Source of the DNA: a virus
DNA: 64,000 bases
Reading direction: 5' to 3' (one strand)
Virus record (IMG/VR): IMGVR_UViG_3300042520_001372
Both the position numbers and the translations under genes were made by a program. The first letter of the stretch is position 1; the number at the start of each line of letters is the position of its first letter. The notes beneath the pieces were generated by a model. The model worked only from the letters and a program-made list of their open reading frames with translations. It had not been told where the DNA came from and made no database searches. Positions 19,135 through 28,748 of the stretch are shown here, one piece after another.

Positions 19135-20406
19135 TTAACTGTACATATAAATATCCCCGTTTGACGAGTTTACGTATACGTTGCCAAAACCATTAGTAGC
19201 TCCACCCCATGTTGGATTTGCTGCAGGAGCACCGGCTGCTGTTTTAGCAGATACTACGTACTCGTCGGCAGTTAAGGCGGTAGCCGTTCCGATGACATCG
19301 TATGCCATTGCAAAACGACCGTAAGTACCTGTTGAACTAGCTTCTAAGTAGAAGGCAGAACCTGATCCGGCGGCATTATATTGAGTAACCCATCCTGAAT
19401 CTGCTAAGGTTGTTGACCCTGAGTTGATGAGAATAAACTTATCCCTTACTGTTAAGTTATCAACATTGGTAAATGAAGCAGTACCAGCAACCGTTAAGTC
19501 ACCTCCGATAACTGCGTTTCCTGTAGTGCTTAAACTACCGAAGTTTGCAGTACCTGTGAATGTTGGTGATCCTGCAAATACTAATGCACCAGTTCCTGTT
19601 TCATCGGTTACTGCTGCTGCTAAGTTAGCAGATGATGGAGTTGTTAAAAAGGTAGCAATACCTGTTCCTAGGCCGGACACACCAGTTGAGATTGGTAATC
19701 CAGTAGCGTTAGTTAAAGTACCACTAGAAGGAGTACCTAATACTCCGCCATTAATTAATATTGATCCAGCAGAACCAGCATTAAACGCTAATGCAGTTGC
19801 AACACCTGTACCTAGTCCAGATACACCGGTTGAAATTGGTAGACCAGTTGCGTTAGTTAGAGTACCTGAGGATGGTGTTCCTAATGCGCCGTTAAATGTA
19901 ACTATACCACCGGCAGTAGATGCATTGAGAGCTAAAGAGGAAGCAACACCTGTTCCTAATCCGGAAACATCAGTGCTGATTGCAACAGAGTTAGGTTGGA
20001 TCGTTGCTACACCTAAAGAACTAACTAAAATATCACCGGAAATCCCTGCAAAAGATGCAGAGGTAAACTGAGAGACTGTAGCGAACTTATTTGAACCATC
20101 GTTTACAAAAACCTGCGTTGTTGGAGCGATTGGAGTTAGCTGCGTTACTGGGAATATTGCAGTTGCGGTTACTCCGGTTAACCCTGCACCGTTACCGAAG
20201 AACGATCCTGAGAAAGAACCTGATATTGATACACCGGATGCACCAGTGGTCGCTAAGATATTACCAGTACCGTTGATTGCAGTAGTTGATAAGTTTCCAG
20301 CGGATCCACCGCCGATTACGACCTGCCCTGATGTCAGGTTGTCTACCTGTAAAGCAGCAAGTGCTGCACTACTACCGGAGACTACTACTTTTTTCCAACT
20401 TGCCAT
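19135..20406 (-). CDS. Fibre/virion structural protein
   Basis: Gly/Thr/Ser-rich; internal repeat GTPSSGTLTNATGLPISTGVSGLGTG; N-terminus MASWKKVVVSGS resembles MPNWRKLIVSGS of the giant fibre. Confidence 0.7.
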   Translation of the reverse strand: MASWKKVVVSGSSAALAALQVDNLTSGQVVIGGGSAGNLSTTAINGTGNILATTGASGVSISGSFSGSFFGNGAGLTGVTATAIFPVTQLTPIAPTTQVFVNDGSNKFATVSQFTSASFAGISGDILVSSLGVATIQPNSVAISTDVSGLGTGVASSLALNASTAGGIVTFNGALGTPSSGTLTNATGLPISTGVSGLGTGVATALAFNAGSAGSILINGGVLGTPSSGTLTNATGLPISTGVSGLGTGIATFLTTPSSANLAAAVTDETGTGALVFAGSPTFTGTANFGSLSTTGNAVIGGDLTVAGTASFTNVDNLTVRDKFILINSGSTTLADSGWVTQYNAAGSGSAFYLEASSTGTYGRFAMAYDVIGTATALTADEYVVSAKTAAGAPAANPTWGGATNGFGNVYVNSSNGDIYMYS

Positions 20407-20428
20407 AGTTTATATTATTTATAAATAG

Positions 20429-22312
20429 TTACATACCAAAGAAAAAGTCACCTGAGGCGGAGTAGTAAAGTCCACCGGTTACTGGGGTTGGGATGTCTAT
20501 TCTTGCTTCTAATACTACTACTCTTTCGGCATTAATTTTTAACATTTCTACTGATCCGGACTGTACTAAAAAGAAGTACGGTACGGCTGCCCCAGGACCT
20601 ATCTGAACAGAAGCAGATATTGATCCTGTCGCTATAAAATTTGTAATTATAGGAGATGATGGAGCAGAAGCAGTAACAAATAAAGCGTTACTGACTGCAT
20701 CGTACATTACTACCCGTACGTTTGCTGAAGGAGAATAAGGTAATCCAAAAGAAGGAACTTGTAGTAACGGTGCATTAATGTTTAAGACACTTGTATTAAA
20801 ATCAACTGAAGTTGCACTAGTTACACTAACGTTTCCTTCAACTGTTAAAGATCCGGAGATTATTGCTGAACCTGTAAAAGGAAATACCTTAGCGTTATCA
20901 GCATATGAAGCTGTTCCTAGTAGAGAACCTGTTAATGGTCCTGAAAAAGAACTAGCAGAAATAATTAATCCTGATACTGATCCTAAAGTGTTTCTTAATG
21001 GATTGTAATAAGGTCCTCCGGTATCTGCTGCTAAGGTTCTGTAGCTATCTAATGCAGCTGAATCTCCTTTAAAGATTAACGGATAATCAACGTTGGTTGT
21101 TGATTGGTTGCTAATAAAAACTACACTAGAAGAAATTGCATAAGATGCAGAGACTGCCGTATCGGCGTAAGATGCACTTAATGCATTTGTAGAATAACTA
21201 GCCGAAACTGCATTTAAAACATAAGATGCAGTAGCTGCAGTGCTTGCAAAAGAAGAGGATACCGCATAAGATGCTGTTACAGCATAAGAAGAACTTTCAG
21301 CATTTGATGCAGTTCCAAAAAAAGAACCTGTAAATGAAGTAGCGTAAACATTACCTGCTACTTGTAATTTTGCTAAAGAAGACCCTGTTAATCCTACCCC
21401 TATATTACCTGCAGAATCTTCGAACATTCCAGAGGAGGTTAAGTGATCTCCACCCTGTCCTTTTAATATAGCATTTAAAGTAGTTCCTTGTTCGTTACCT
21501 AATCCAGATGTATTTCTTGGACCGGAAATAAACATTCCTCCGTCATAATTTGATCCGGAAGGATTTGAATAAATCCATTTATTATTTAAAGAATCCCAAA
21601 ATATAGATCCTGTTGAACTATTACCGAAGGATCCTGAATCTATTACGGTTATACCGCCAAACCTTACAGCAGGAAAATCTGTATTCAACGTAATAACACT
21701 AGCTCCAACTTGAACTATTGAAGATGTTACATATGTAAATGAAGCAGTACCGGTAACATTTAAATTACCGTTAATTACTACGTTTTGGTTTAATATTCCT
21801 ACTGAAGAAGCTGTAGCTGCATAAGAGGCACTTATGGCGTAAGAAGAACTTATACTAGATCCTGCATTACTACTATAAGAAGAGCTTAAGGCATAGGAAG
21901 AGCTAGTGCTAGATTCTGCAAATAAACTATAAGATGAGCTTAAAGCATAGGAAGAACTGATGGCAAAACCTGTAGTATTGCTATGAGAAGAGCTTAGAGC
22001 ATAGGATGCACTGAGACTAGAGCTTGCATAAGAAGAACTTATTGCAAATAATGCATAAGAAGCAGTAGCTGCTGGGTTAAAGTTTTGAGCAAAAGAAGCA
22101 GTTACAGCAAAGAATGCGTATGAGGCTGTACTTGCAAAAGAAGCAGATACTGATGATCCTCCCGTTCCTAGCTCAAGGATAGTCTGATTGTTACCTATTG
22201 CTTTTTTTATGTATGCCTTACCGTCATAGGTGTTTATAGCAATATCCCCTAAAGCCAACTGATTGACTGAAGGTATACTACCTGATACTCCTATGGGTCT
22301 GATTTGTGGCAT
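20429..22312 (-). CDS. Fibre/virion structural protein with ASYA repeats
   Basis: N-terminal LALGDIAINTYDGK fibre-type motif; many S(S/A)SYA repeats. Confidence 0.7.
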   Translation of the reverse strand: MPQIRPIGVSGSIPSVNQLALGDIAINTYDGKAYIKKAIGNNQTILELGTGGSSVSASFASTASYAFFAVTASFAQNFNPAATASYALFAISSSYASSSLSASYALSSSHSNTTGFAISSSYALSSSYSLFAESSTSSSYALSSSYSSNAGSSISSSYAISASYAATASSVGILNQNVVINGNLNVTGTASFTYVTSSIVQVGASVITLNTDFPAVRFGGITVIDSGSFGNSSTGSIFWDSLNNKWIYSNPSGSNYDGGMFISGPRNTSGLGNEQGTTLNAILKGQGGDHLTSSGMFEDSAGNIGVGLTGSSLAKLQVAGNVYATSFTGSFFGTASNAESSSYAVTASYAVSSSFASTAATASYVLNAVSASYSTNALSASYADTAVSASYAISSSVVFISNQSTTNVDYPLIFKGDSAALDSYRTLAADTGGPYYNPLRNTLGSVSGLIISASSFSGPLTGSLLGTASYADNAKVFPFTGSAIISGSLTVEGNVSVTSATSVDFNTSVLNINAPLLQVPSFGLPYSPSANVRVVMYDAVSNALFVTASAPSSPIITNFIATGSISASVQIGPGAAVPYFFLVQSGSVEMLKINAERVVVLEARIDIPTPVTGGLYYSASGDFFFGM

Positions 22313-23001
22313 TAATTCCTGTATGCTGTAAAGACGTCTAAGATTGGATCAACGACTGCGTGTCTATGATTCTGTTTTAAATGTACAACTTTAACAGCAG
22401 GAACCTGCAATTCTAACTTCATAAAGAAATCAAAACCGGAATCTTTCTTATCTCTAAGGTCACATTGGGACATATCCCCGCAGAATACCATCTTAGAATT
22501 AATTCCTAATCGTCCTATCATTAATTCAGTCTGTCTCATTGTGGCATTCTGTGCCTCATCAATTAGAACAAAGCAGTTAGTGAATGTATTACCTCTTAGA
22601 AAGCCAAAGGGAGACACTGTGACAACCCCTTCGGTTATTAATTTGTCTGTCTTTTCTTTTCCAACAAGTTCATACATTATATTATAAATAGGAGAGGTAA
22701 GGTACGATAGCTTCTCATCTACGTTTCCCGGTAGGTGTCCAATATCTTCTCCGGCAGTTACGTAAGGTCGGGCAATAATGATCTTTTCAACGTCTTTGTT
22801 GAAAAGCATATCTAAAGCTACCTGAACTGCTAATAAGGTTTTTCCTGAACCGGCTTTACCTTGAATAGCTGTAACGTCGTTAAGTAGTATCTGTGCTTTT
22901 CCTTTCTTCTGTTCTTCGTTTAAATTAATTCCAAATTTAATTGGAGTTTTAGGTCTTCTCTTCTCTTTAAAAACCTCCGCGGTGTGTGGATCGCTTGACA
23001 T
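22312..23001 (-). CDS. phoH: PhoH-family ATPase
   Basis: GKAGSGKT Walker A, ARP, GHLPG, LRGNTF, DEAQN, GDMSQ, RH. Confidence 0.92.
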   Translation of the reverse strand: MSSDPHTAEVFKEKRRPKTPIKFGINLNEEQKKGKAQILLNDVTAIQGKAGSGKTLLAVQVALDMLFNKDVEKIIIARPYVTAGEDIGHLPGNVDEKLSYLTSPIYNIMYELVGKEKTDKLITEGVVTVSPFGFLRGNTFTNCFVLIDEAQNATMRQTELMIGRLGINSKMVFCGDMSQCDLRDKKDSGFDFFMKLELQVPAVKVVHLKQNHRHAVVDPILDVFTAYRN

Positions 23002-23028
23002 AAATGTATTTACTTATAAATAGAAAGT

Positions 23029-23056
23029 AAAAAAAAAGCCTGGATTTCTCCAGGCT
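23029..23056 (-). terminator. Intrinsic terminator after the major capsid gene
   Basis: AGCCTGGA-GAAA-TCCAGGCT followed by a T run. Confidence 0.85.
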
Positions 23057-23082
23057 CTTTCTTAAGTTAAAAAGGGGTTAGG

Positions 23083-24729
23083 TTACAAAGTGTTCAAACC
23101 ACTAACGTAGATCTTACCGTAGAATTCAGGACGAACCATTTTCTTAGCATATCTAGTCAATAAACCTTTTCTTGGTACGAAGGTATCAGGATCGTACACC
23201 AAAGGAGTCATGATTAATGGAATGTAAGGAGCAAATACTGCACCAGTTTCCAAGAATTGGCTACCTTTGAAGCCCATCAAGATTGTGTTTTCCTTCATGT
23301 AAGGGTTCTTGTAGATGGTATATCTGTTGTTGATTTGACCCATCTTCTGTACACCGAAAGCGTAGCTAGCTACAGAAACGTCACCGTTTGAAGTAGAAGC
23401 AAAGCCTGGGATACTTTCCAAGATAGTAGCAACTGTTGGAGATACAACGCAGAAGTTAGCACCACCACGCAAAGTTCTTTGGTGAATGATGTTAGACAAT
23501 TTCTGCATCTTAGTTCCCAAAGTTTGGAACCACTGACCTTGAGTGTTGTAGTATCCACCTGCAGCTACTGACAAGCCAGTGAAGGCAGTGTTAGAAGCGT
23601 TGATGAATTCGTTAGAAACAGCAGACCAGTACTCAGTACCAGCAGCAGCTGATTCGATCAACATATCCAAGATTTCCAAGTCAATTTCCAAAGAAATGTA
23701 CTCAGACATTACAGCAGTCAATTCAGCTTCAGCATCCAAAGAATGGTAAGCGTTCAAATCTTGAGCGAATTCAGGAGTCCACTGTGCTTTCAACTTCTTA
23801 GTTTTAGCAACGATGGCTTCAGATCTCATTTGAACGTTGATCTGTGGAATAACGATTTCAGTAGGAGACTCAGAGTTAGGAACTGCATAAGAAGCACCAG
23901 CTTCGAAATCACCTCTTGCATTGTCTTTAGTTAACTTGTTGTACTCAACTACAAAGCTACTTGAAGTTGGAATTTCAGCAGTTGAAGCAGTTACGAAGAA
24001 TACTACGTTAGGAGAAGAGAAGTAAGTAAATTCATTTAAGTTTCTAGCAGATGTGATAGAACCAGAAGTGATAAGAAAGCCTCTTACACCTAAGATATCG
24101 ATATCAGCAGAGATTGATGAAGTAGCAACAGTTAATTTCTTAATCTGACCAGCAGCAGCTGAAGCTGAGAAATCTGAGTTAAAGTTAACATCTGCGAAAG
24201 ATGCAGTAGAGAAAGTAGTAGCTTGTACTACAGCAACTCCAGAAGCAGAGAATTGGTTAGTAGAGTAGGTGAAACGACCAGCTCCGTATAAACCACCAGT
24301 TGAGGTGTTACCGAAGTTAGCAGAAGATGCACCATACGTAGAGTCGCCAGAGGTAAAAGGATTCTTGTTAGTTCCGTATTGGAAATCCAAGAAGAATACT
24401 AGACCTGAAGGTAAGTTCATAGGTTGAACTGAAACAAATTCTTTAGCAGCGATCTGACCGAACACCTTACGCACTAAAGGTAAAGCGATTCCAGCCCACT
24501 GTTCACCAGTACCGGCTGTGAAGCTAGCACCTGTTCCAGTTTGAGATTGCTCAATAACCAATTGCTTGGCTTGATTCTCAAGGATCATTGACATGTTATT
24601 TTTTTCAGTTTCGTGGCTAAAGCCTTCTAAAAGACCTGTAGCTCCCCACTTTTTTGACAATCTGGCAGCGTCAGATTGCAAACTCTGCCAGGGGTTAGCA
24701 GATTCGAGTAATGATTGTACGTTAGACAT
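23083..24729 (-). CDS. gp23: Major capsid protein (T4 gp23-like)
   Basis: PLVR, VSVQPMNLPSGLVF, KLKAQWTPEFAQDLNAYH, DAEAEL, PYIPL, TRYA. Confidence 0.95.
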   Translation of the reverse strand: MSNVQSLLESANPWQSLQSDAARLSKKWGATGLLEGFSHETEKNNMSMILENQAKQLVIEQSQTGTGASFTAGTGEQWAGIALPLVRKVFGQIAAKEFVSVQPMNLPSGLVFFLDFQYGTNKNPFTSGDSTYGASSANFGNTSTGGLYGAGRFTYSTNQFSASGVAVVQATTFSTASFADVNFNSDFSASAAAGQIKKLTVATSSISADIDILGVRGFLITSGSITSARNLNEFTYFSSPNVVFFVTASTAEIPTSSSFVVEYNKLTKDNARGDFEAGASYAVPNSESPTEIVIPQINVQMRSEAIVAKTKKLKAQWTPEFAQDLNAYHSLDAEAELTAVMSEYISLEIDLEILDMLIESAAAGTEYWSAVSNEFINASNTAFTGLSVAAGGYYNTQGQWFQTLGTKMQKLSNIIHQRTLRGGANFCVVSPTVATILESIPGFASTSNGDVSVASYAFGVQKMGQINNRYTIYKNPYMKENTILMGFKGSQFLETGAVFAPYIPLIMTPLVYDPDTFVPRKGLLTRYAKKMVRPEFYGKIYVSGLNTL

Positions 24730-24759
24730 TGTATTAATGTATAGTATTTTTTTTATTTT

Positions 24760-25707
24760 TTATAAGCCTGCAAGTTTTTTCATTCTTTCGAATGTCGGAT
24801 TAACTTCTACCACAGGCTGTTTTGGTGAAGTACCGATTGATTTAGAAGCAAATCCTTTGCTTTCTCTTACCAACTCTTTCTTAGCGACTCTTTCTAAGCC
24901 TTCTTGTAGAGTTTCGAATACCAACTTAACTTCTTTTACTGTCTCAGCTTTGTCAAAAGCAGTTAATACTTTAACTTTTTGTGATTCAGTAAGGTTTTTA
25001 GCCTTGAAAATTTTGTTGGTGTAAAGAAGTTTAGAATTCAACAAGTTAATTTCGTGTAATTCTGACTTCAATGTGTTAATAGTTTCGATAGCTTCAGTTA
25101 ATTCAGACTCCATAGCTTTCATCTTTTCAGTTTCCTTCTCTTGATGGTCTTTTTTAGCTTCTTTCATTGGATCTTCTTCGTGAGACACTTCAGCAATTTC
25201 TTCTTCATCAGATACTTCTTTTTCAGCGCCCTCTTCAGGCTCCTCTACTTCAGCACCAGCTTCATCTTCCATTCCTTCGTGACCAGCCTCTAATTCACCA
25301 GCTTCGATCATTTCATCTACCACAGATTCAATAAATTTCTTTAAGTCTTCTTCAGTCATTTCTTCAAGATCGATTTCAACATCGTCTTCATCTTCTTTAC
25401 CTTCTTCTTTTTCGCTTTCTTCTTCTTCTTTCATGTGATCATGAGCAGTTGAAGCAGTGTCAGCGTCATTGATAAGATCTTCGCCTTCTTCAAGCTCTTT
25501 TAAAAGCTCTTCAATTTCAGCGTCGGTGGTGTCTAAAGATTCAGTGATGATTTCGTCTTCTTCCATGTCCATCATTTTCTTTTCGAACATCGATTTCAAA
25601 TGTGGTGTGAAAGCCTCTTCTAATGCAGCTTTTGCATTAGTGATAGCGACTTCCTTTACAGCTTTTGCATCAGCAATAGCTTCTTTTAACAATTCTCTGT
25701 TTGTCAT
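24760..25707 (-). CDS. Prohead scaffold/core protein
   Basis: Lies between protease and capsid; very acidic coiled coil; ends FERMKKLAGL. Confidence 0.8.
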   Translation of the reverse strand: MTNRELLKEAIADAKAVKEVAITNAKAALEEAFTPHLKSMFEKKMMDMEEDEIITESLDTTDAEIEELLKELEEGEDLINDADTASTAHDHMKEEEESEKEEGKEDEDDVEIDLEEMTEEDLKKFIESVVDEMIEAGELEAGHEGMEDEAGAEVEEPEEGAEKEVSDEEEIAEVSHEEDPMKEAKKDHQEKETEKMKAMESELTEAIETINTLKSELHEINLLNSKLLYTNKIFKAKNLTESQKVKVLTAFDKAETVKEVKLVFETLQEGLERVAKKELVRESKGFASKSIGTSPKQPVVEVNPTFERMKKLAGL

Positions 25708-25817
25708 TTTCCTAATAATAGTTTTTTTTGGGAAATACGCTTATTAATAAGAGCGTAATAATTTTTTAGAGTAATAAGTGGTACCGCATTAAACCGTGGT
25801 ACATACGAATATAAATA
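25708..25817 (-). promoter_or_regulatory. TATTTATA promoter plus ~100-nt two-hairpin leader of the scaffold/capsid operon
   Basis: TATTTATA at 25810-25817; hairpins at 25781-25802 and 25736-25757. Confidence 0.55.
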
Positions 25818-25831
25818 TGCACTATTCTGGT

Positions 25832-25865
25832 AAAAATATGAAACCCTCCTTTTTTAGGGGAGGGT
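25832..25865 (-). terminator. Probable terminator after the prohead protease gene
   Basis: ACCCTCC/GGAGGGT stem followed by TTCATATTTTT. Confidence 0.6.
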
Positions 25866-25893
25866 CAGTCAAAGGATGCTATCCTAAGAGGGG

Positions 25894-26496
25894 TTAAAAT
25901 ATCGGACAGTTGCCATGAGCACATAAGATCTCTCTTATAATCTCATTAGCTTTACTGAACTGACTTACGGTCTTAGATAGACCCTCATGTAATGGGTGCA
26001 TCCAAGAACCTGGATTTGATGGAGTAGATACAAAATCCCAGCATAGTAATTCGAAATCTTCTTGAACTTCTAGTGTTTCCCCCATTTGTTTTACTGATCC
26101 CATTCCTCTAGATGATACACCAACAGTGATGCCTGAGTTCATTAGAGCTTGTAGTATATTTCCAGAAGGAGTTGGTAGGATTTCAATCTTACCCATAATG
26201 TTATTACCGTCCCACCAAATGTCTTTGATGTTATGACATACATTTTTAAGGTTAATAACAGTAGATTCAGGGTGATCTAACTCACCAACTGCTCTATTGT
26301 GTCTAACAGAGTCCATGTACTTATCAATTTCTCTTTCCCAAATCTTTTTACTGTAGTATCTACCATTGCCGTTTTTGATTTCAGCAGTCGCCAAAGGACC
26401 TTCTACTAATGGAAGACCAGAACTTCCCTTCGCTTCAGATAACTTCAAAGCACGGGGTTGAAAAGATATAGTTTCAATAAGTAAGTTCTTACTCAT
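25894..26496 (-). CDS. gp21: Prohead protease (T4 gp21-like)
   Basis: NGNGRYY, GELDHP, VGVSSRGMGSV, WDFVSTPS. Confidence 0.93.
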   Translation of the reverse strand: MSKNLLIETISFQPRALKLSEAKGSSGLPLVEGPLATAEIKNGNGRYYSKKIWEREIDKYMDSVRHNRAVGELDHPESTVINLKNVCHNIKDIWWDGNNIMGKIEILPTPSGNILQALMNSGITVGVSSRGMGSVKQMGETLEVQEDFELLCWDFVSTPSNPGSWMHPLHEGLSKTVSQFSKANEIIREILCAHGNCPIF

Positions 26497-27635
26497 TTGC
26501 CTACTTTTAAATTCTTTCTGTTAATCAACTCTCTAACCATTCCAGACCAAGATTCTGTCTTAGGTTTTGAGTGTGCTTCTATCTTCTTAGTAAGCTCTTC
26601 TTTTTCAGCAGGGCTTAGCTTCTTCATAAACTGAGTTTTAAAAGCAGGATCAGCATCCATTTGTTTAACATACTCTTTAAACTTCTTTGGATTGTTATCG
26701 GCCATCTGTAACATCATTGCAGTGGTTGGCATACCAGTAGCATCTACTTCTAATACAGGACTATTTTCGAGAACCGTATCTTCCATCATTGATTTATTGT
26801 TTACTTTCTTAGCTGCTTTAGTTTTCTGCTTTTCGTATAGAGCTTTTTTCTTTTCTAGTAGCTTAATATCTCTCTGTGTGTCTTTAACTGCTTTTTCGTT
26901 AATGTATTCTTTAACATCATCGCCTTCTGCTACAGTCATTTTTTTAGCCAACTCATCAATCTTCTCTTGAGTTTTCATAATCCTATTTTCCCAAGCAGCT
27001 ACTTCGCCCATTTTTTCAATTTGGTCGATTTCTTTTTGAATAGCTCTTTTCTTAGCTTCGTTTAGGTTAACGGGTTCCATTCCTGAAGATTTATATTTAC
27101 CTGTTACTTCTTTTGTTGGTCCTAAACCAGGAGCATCTTGAGTGTATCCAATACCTTTAACTCCGAATGCTGCATTCTTAATATAGAACAAAGGATCTTT
27201 TTCTAAGTTCTTAAATACAACTGCTTTGATTTCATCCTCTGTTTTATCAGCATTCTTAGGATCTTTCATCTCAGCATAGTATCCGTTAAGGATTTCTTGA
27301 GTTGAAATGTTGTTGTTGTTCTTCTTATCTTCGTAGTTGTATCCAGCAGTCTCTTTCTCGGTTACTGATTTATCAGTATCTTTTAAGTCTGCTTTTACAG
27401 TTTCGGTATTCTCTTGAAATATTTTAAACCAATTTGGAGTTTCAGGTCTGTTAGCAGATACTAATACCATAGCTTCGTTGATAATTCCTTTCTCGGCAAG
27501 AGAGTGAATAACTTGATCAAACGTTTGAACATTGGTAATATACTGAGGGAATTCAGCTCTAACTTCTTTTAAGAAGATTTCTTTATTGCCTTTACCTTCT
27601 TTAATAAGATTGTATCGATTTTGTAGGCTTTTCAT
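26493..27635 (-). CDS. Probable head-internal protein
   Basis: In the head module; charged; several [LI]xE sites (IKE, INE, LNE). Confidence 0.55.
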   Translation of the reverse strand: MKSLQNRYNLIKEGKGNKEIFLKEVRAEFPQYITNVQTFDQVIHSLAEKGIINEAMVLVSANRPETPNWFKIFQENTETVKADLKDTDKSVTEKETAGYNYEDKKNNNNISTQEILNGYYAEMKDPKNADKTEDEIKAVVFKNLEKDPLFYIKNAAFGVKGIGYTQDAPGLGPTKEVTGKYKSSGMEPVNLNEAKKRAIQKEIDQIEKMGEVAAWENRIMKTQEKIDELAKKMTVAEGDDVKEYINEKAVKDTQRDIKLLEKKKALYEKQKTKAAKKVNNKSMMEDTVLENSPVLEVDATGMPTTAMMLQMADNNPKKFKEYVKQMDADPAFKTQFMKKLSPAEKEELTKKIEAHSKPKTESWSGMVRELINRKNLKVGK

Positions 27636-27655
27636 ATGTTATAAATAGGTATTGT

Positions 27656-27880
27656 TTATTTCCAAAGATCTTTATACACCATCCCCTTAGCTGCTTTACG
27701 TACTTTATTTTTATTGACGAGTTTATAACCCATCTTTAAGTAGTAGTTACGTGAAGTACCGCTAGCTTTTTTATTTGGATTAAAAGCGTTGGGGGTCATA
27801 TAGCCGCCAGCTGCTCCAGAGGTTGATTCCTCTCTAAGCCACTGTTTAAGCTTTTCTTTGAGCTGTCTTCTGGTTGCCAT
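27656..27880 (-). CDS. Small basic head-module protein
   Basis: 74 aa; QLKEKLKQWLREE leader, then AGGYMTPNAF. Confidence 0.6.
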   Translation of the reverse strand: MATRRQLKEKLKQWLREESTSGAAGGYMTPNAFNPNKKASGTSRNYYLKMGYKLVNKNKVRKAAKGMVYKDLWK

Positions 27881-28713
27881 TATAGCTCATTAACAAGTTC
27901 GTAGTATTGTAACAAGTTAATGATACAGTCATTAGTTACTTTTTCAGTCTTTTCTAAAGGCTTAACGTATTTTATAATTTCTGTAATTTTAATTTTTAAG
28001 ACTTCGTCTTTAAGTACACTTGTTTTCTTACTTAGTAAGTTTTGTACTTCTGTAATTTTAGCATTGTAGTACTCCTTTAACTTGTCTGTATTATCAACTG
28101 CTGTAACAACCTCTCTTAGTACTTCTTTTTGCTGAGGTGTTAGGTGGTCATACTTCTCATTGAACTTCTCTAGTAACATTTTGTACGTTAAGATACGTAA
28201 ATCCTTACTATATCCTTTGTATTCCTCTAAGAGTTCATCTGATTGTACTACTACCGGTACTTTAGTTAAGTGTTCGAATAATGTAATTTTATTGTTAATT
28301 ACTGTTTCTGGAGCTACCTTTTCTGATGATTGATTTTCAATCAGGTTGTTTAATGCAGCAAATACTTTGTAATTGGTTACCTTTGCTTTAAAGAAGTTTT
28401 CTACGTTGTAGCTTTCTTTAATTTCTCTAACTAAGTTATACTTTTGCTTTCTAATCTCTGTCCTCTTTAACTTTGTAGATGTCTCTACTAGAGTGTTGAT
28501 AACCATCTCAGCTTTAACTTCAGTTAAGTTCTTATAAGCGCCTAACTGTTCGTACAACTTATATTCTTTTCCTAATTCAGTATTAACAAAATACTTCTTA
28601 AGTATACTAATAGCGATAGAGTTCTTTCCCTCTAAGGTGTCAGAGGTGATCTGCCTTACTAGAAGTTCAAAAAGAAGTCCCGTATTTTTAAACTTTGAAT
28701 GTTTTATTGACAT
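27880..28713 (-). CDS. Hypothetical head-module protein
   Basis: 277-aa helical ORF directly downstream of the portal gene. Confidence 0.6.
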   Translation of the reverse strand: MSIKHSKFKNTGLLFELLVRQITSDTLEGKNSIAISILKKYFVNTELGKEYKLYEQLGAYKNLTEVKAEMVINTLVETSTKLKRTEIRKQKYNLVREIKESYNVENFFKAKVTNYKVFAALNNLIENQSSEKVAPETVINNKITLFEHLTKVPVVVQSDELLEEYKGYSKDLRILTYKMLLEKFNEKYDHLTPQQKEVLREVVTAVDNTDKLKEYYNAKITEVQNLLSKKTSVLKDEVLKIKITEIIKYVKPLEKTEKVTNDCIINLLQYYELVNEL

Positions 28714-28748
28714 CTATCGATGATTTTATAATAAATATGTGTTAAATG

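Noticed and set aside
2267-20428. Many plus-strand ORFs (e.g. 14405-15253, 19424-20071)
   Set aside because: They are antisense shadows of repetitive minus-strand genes (PTAVL/PVVL repeats) with no independent start signals
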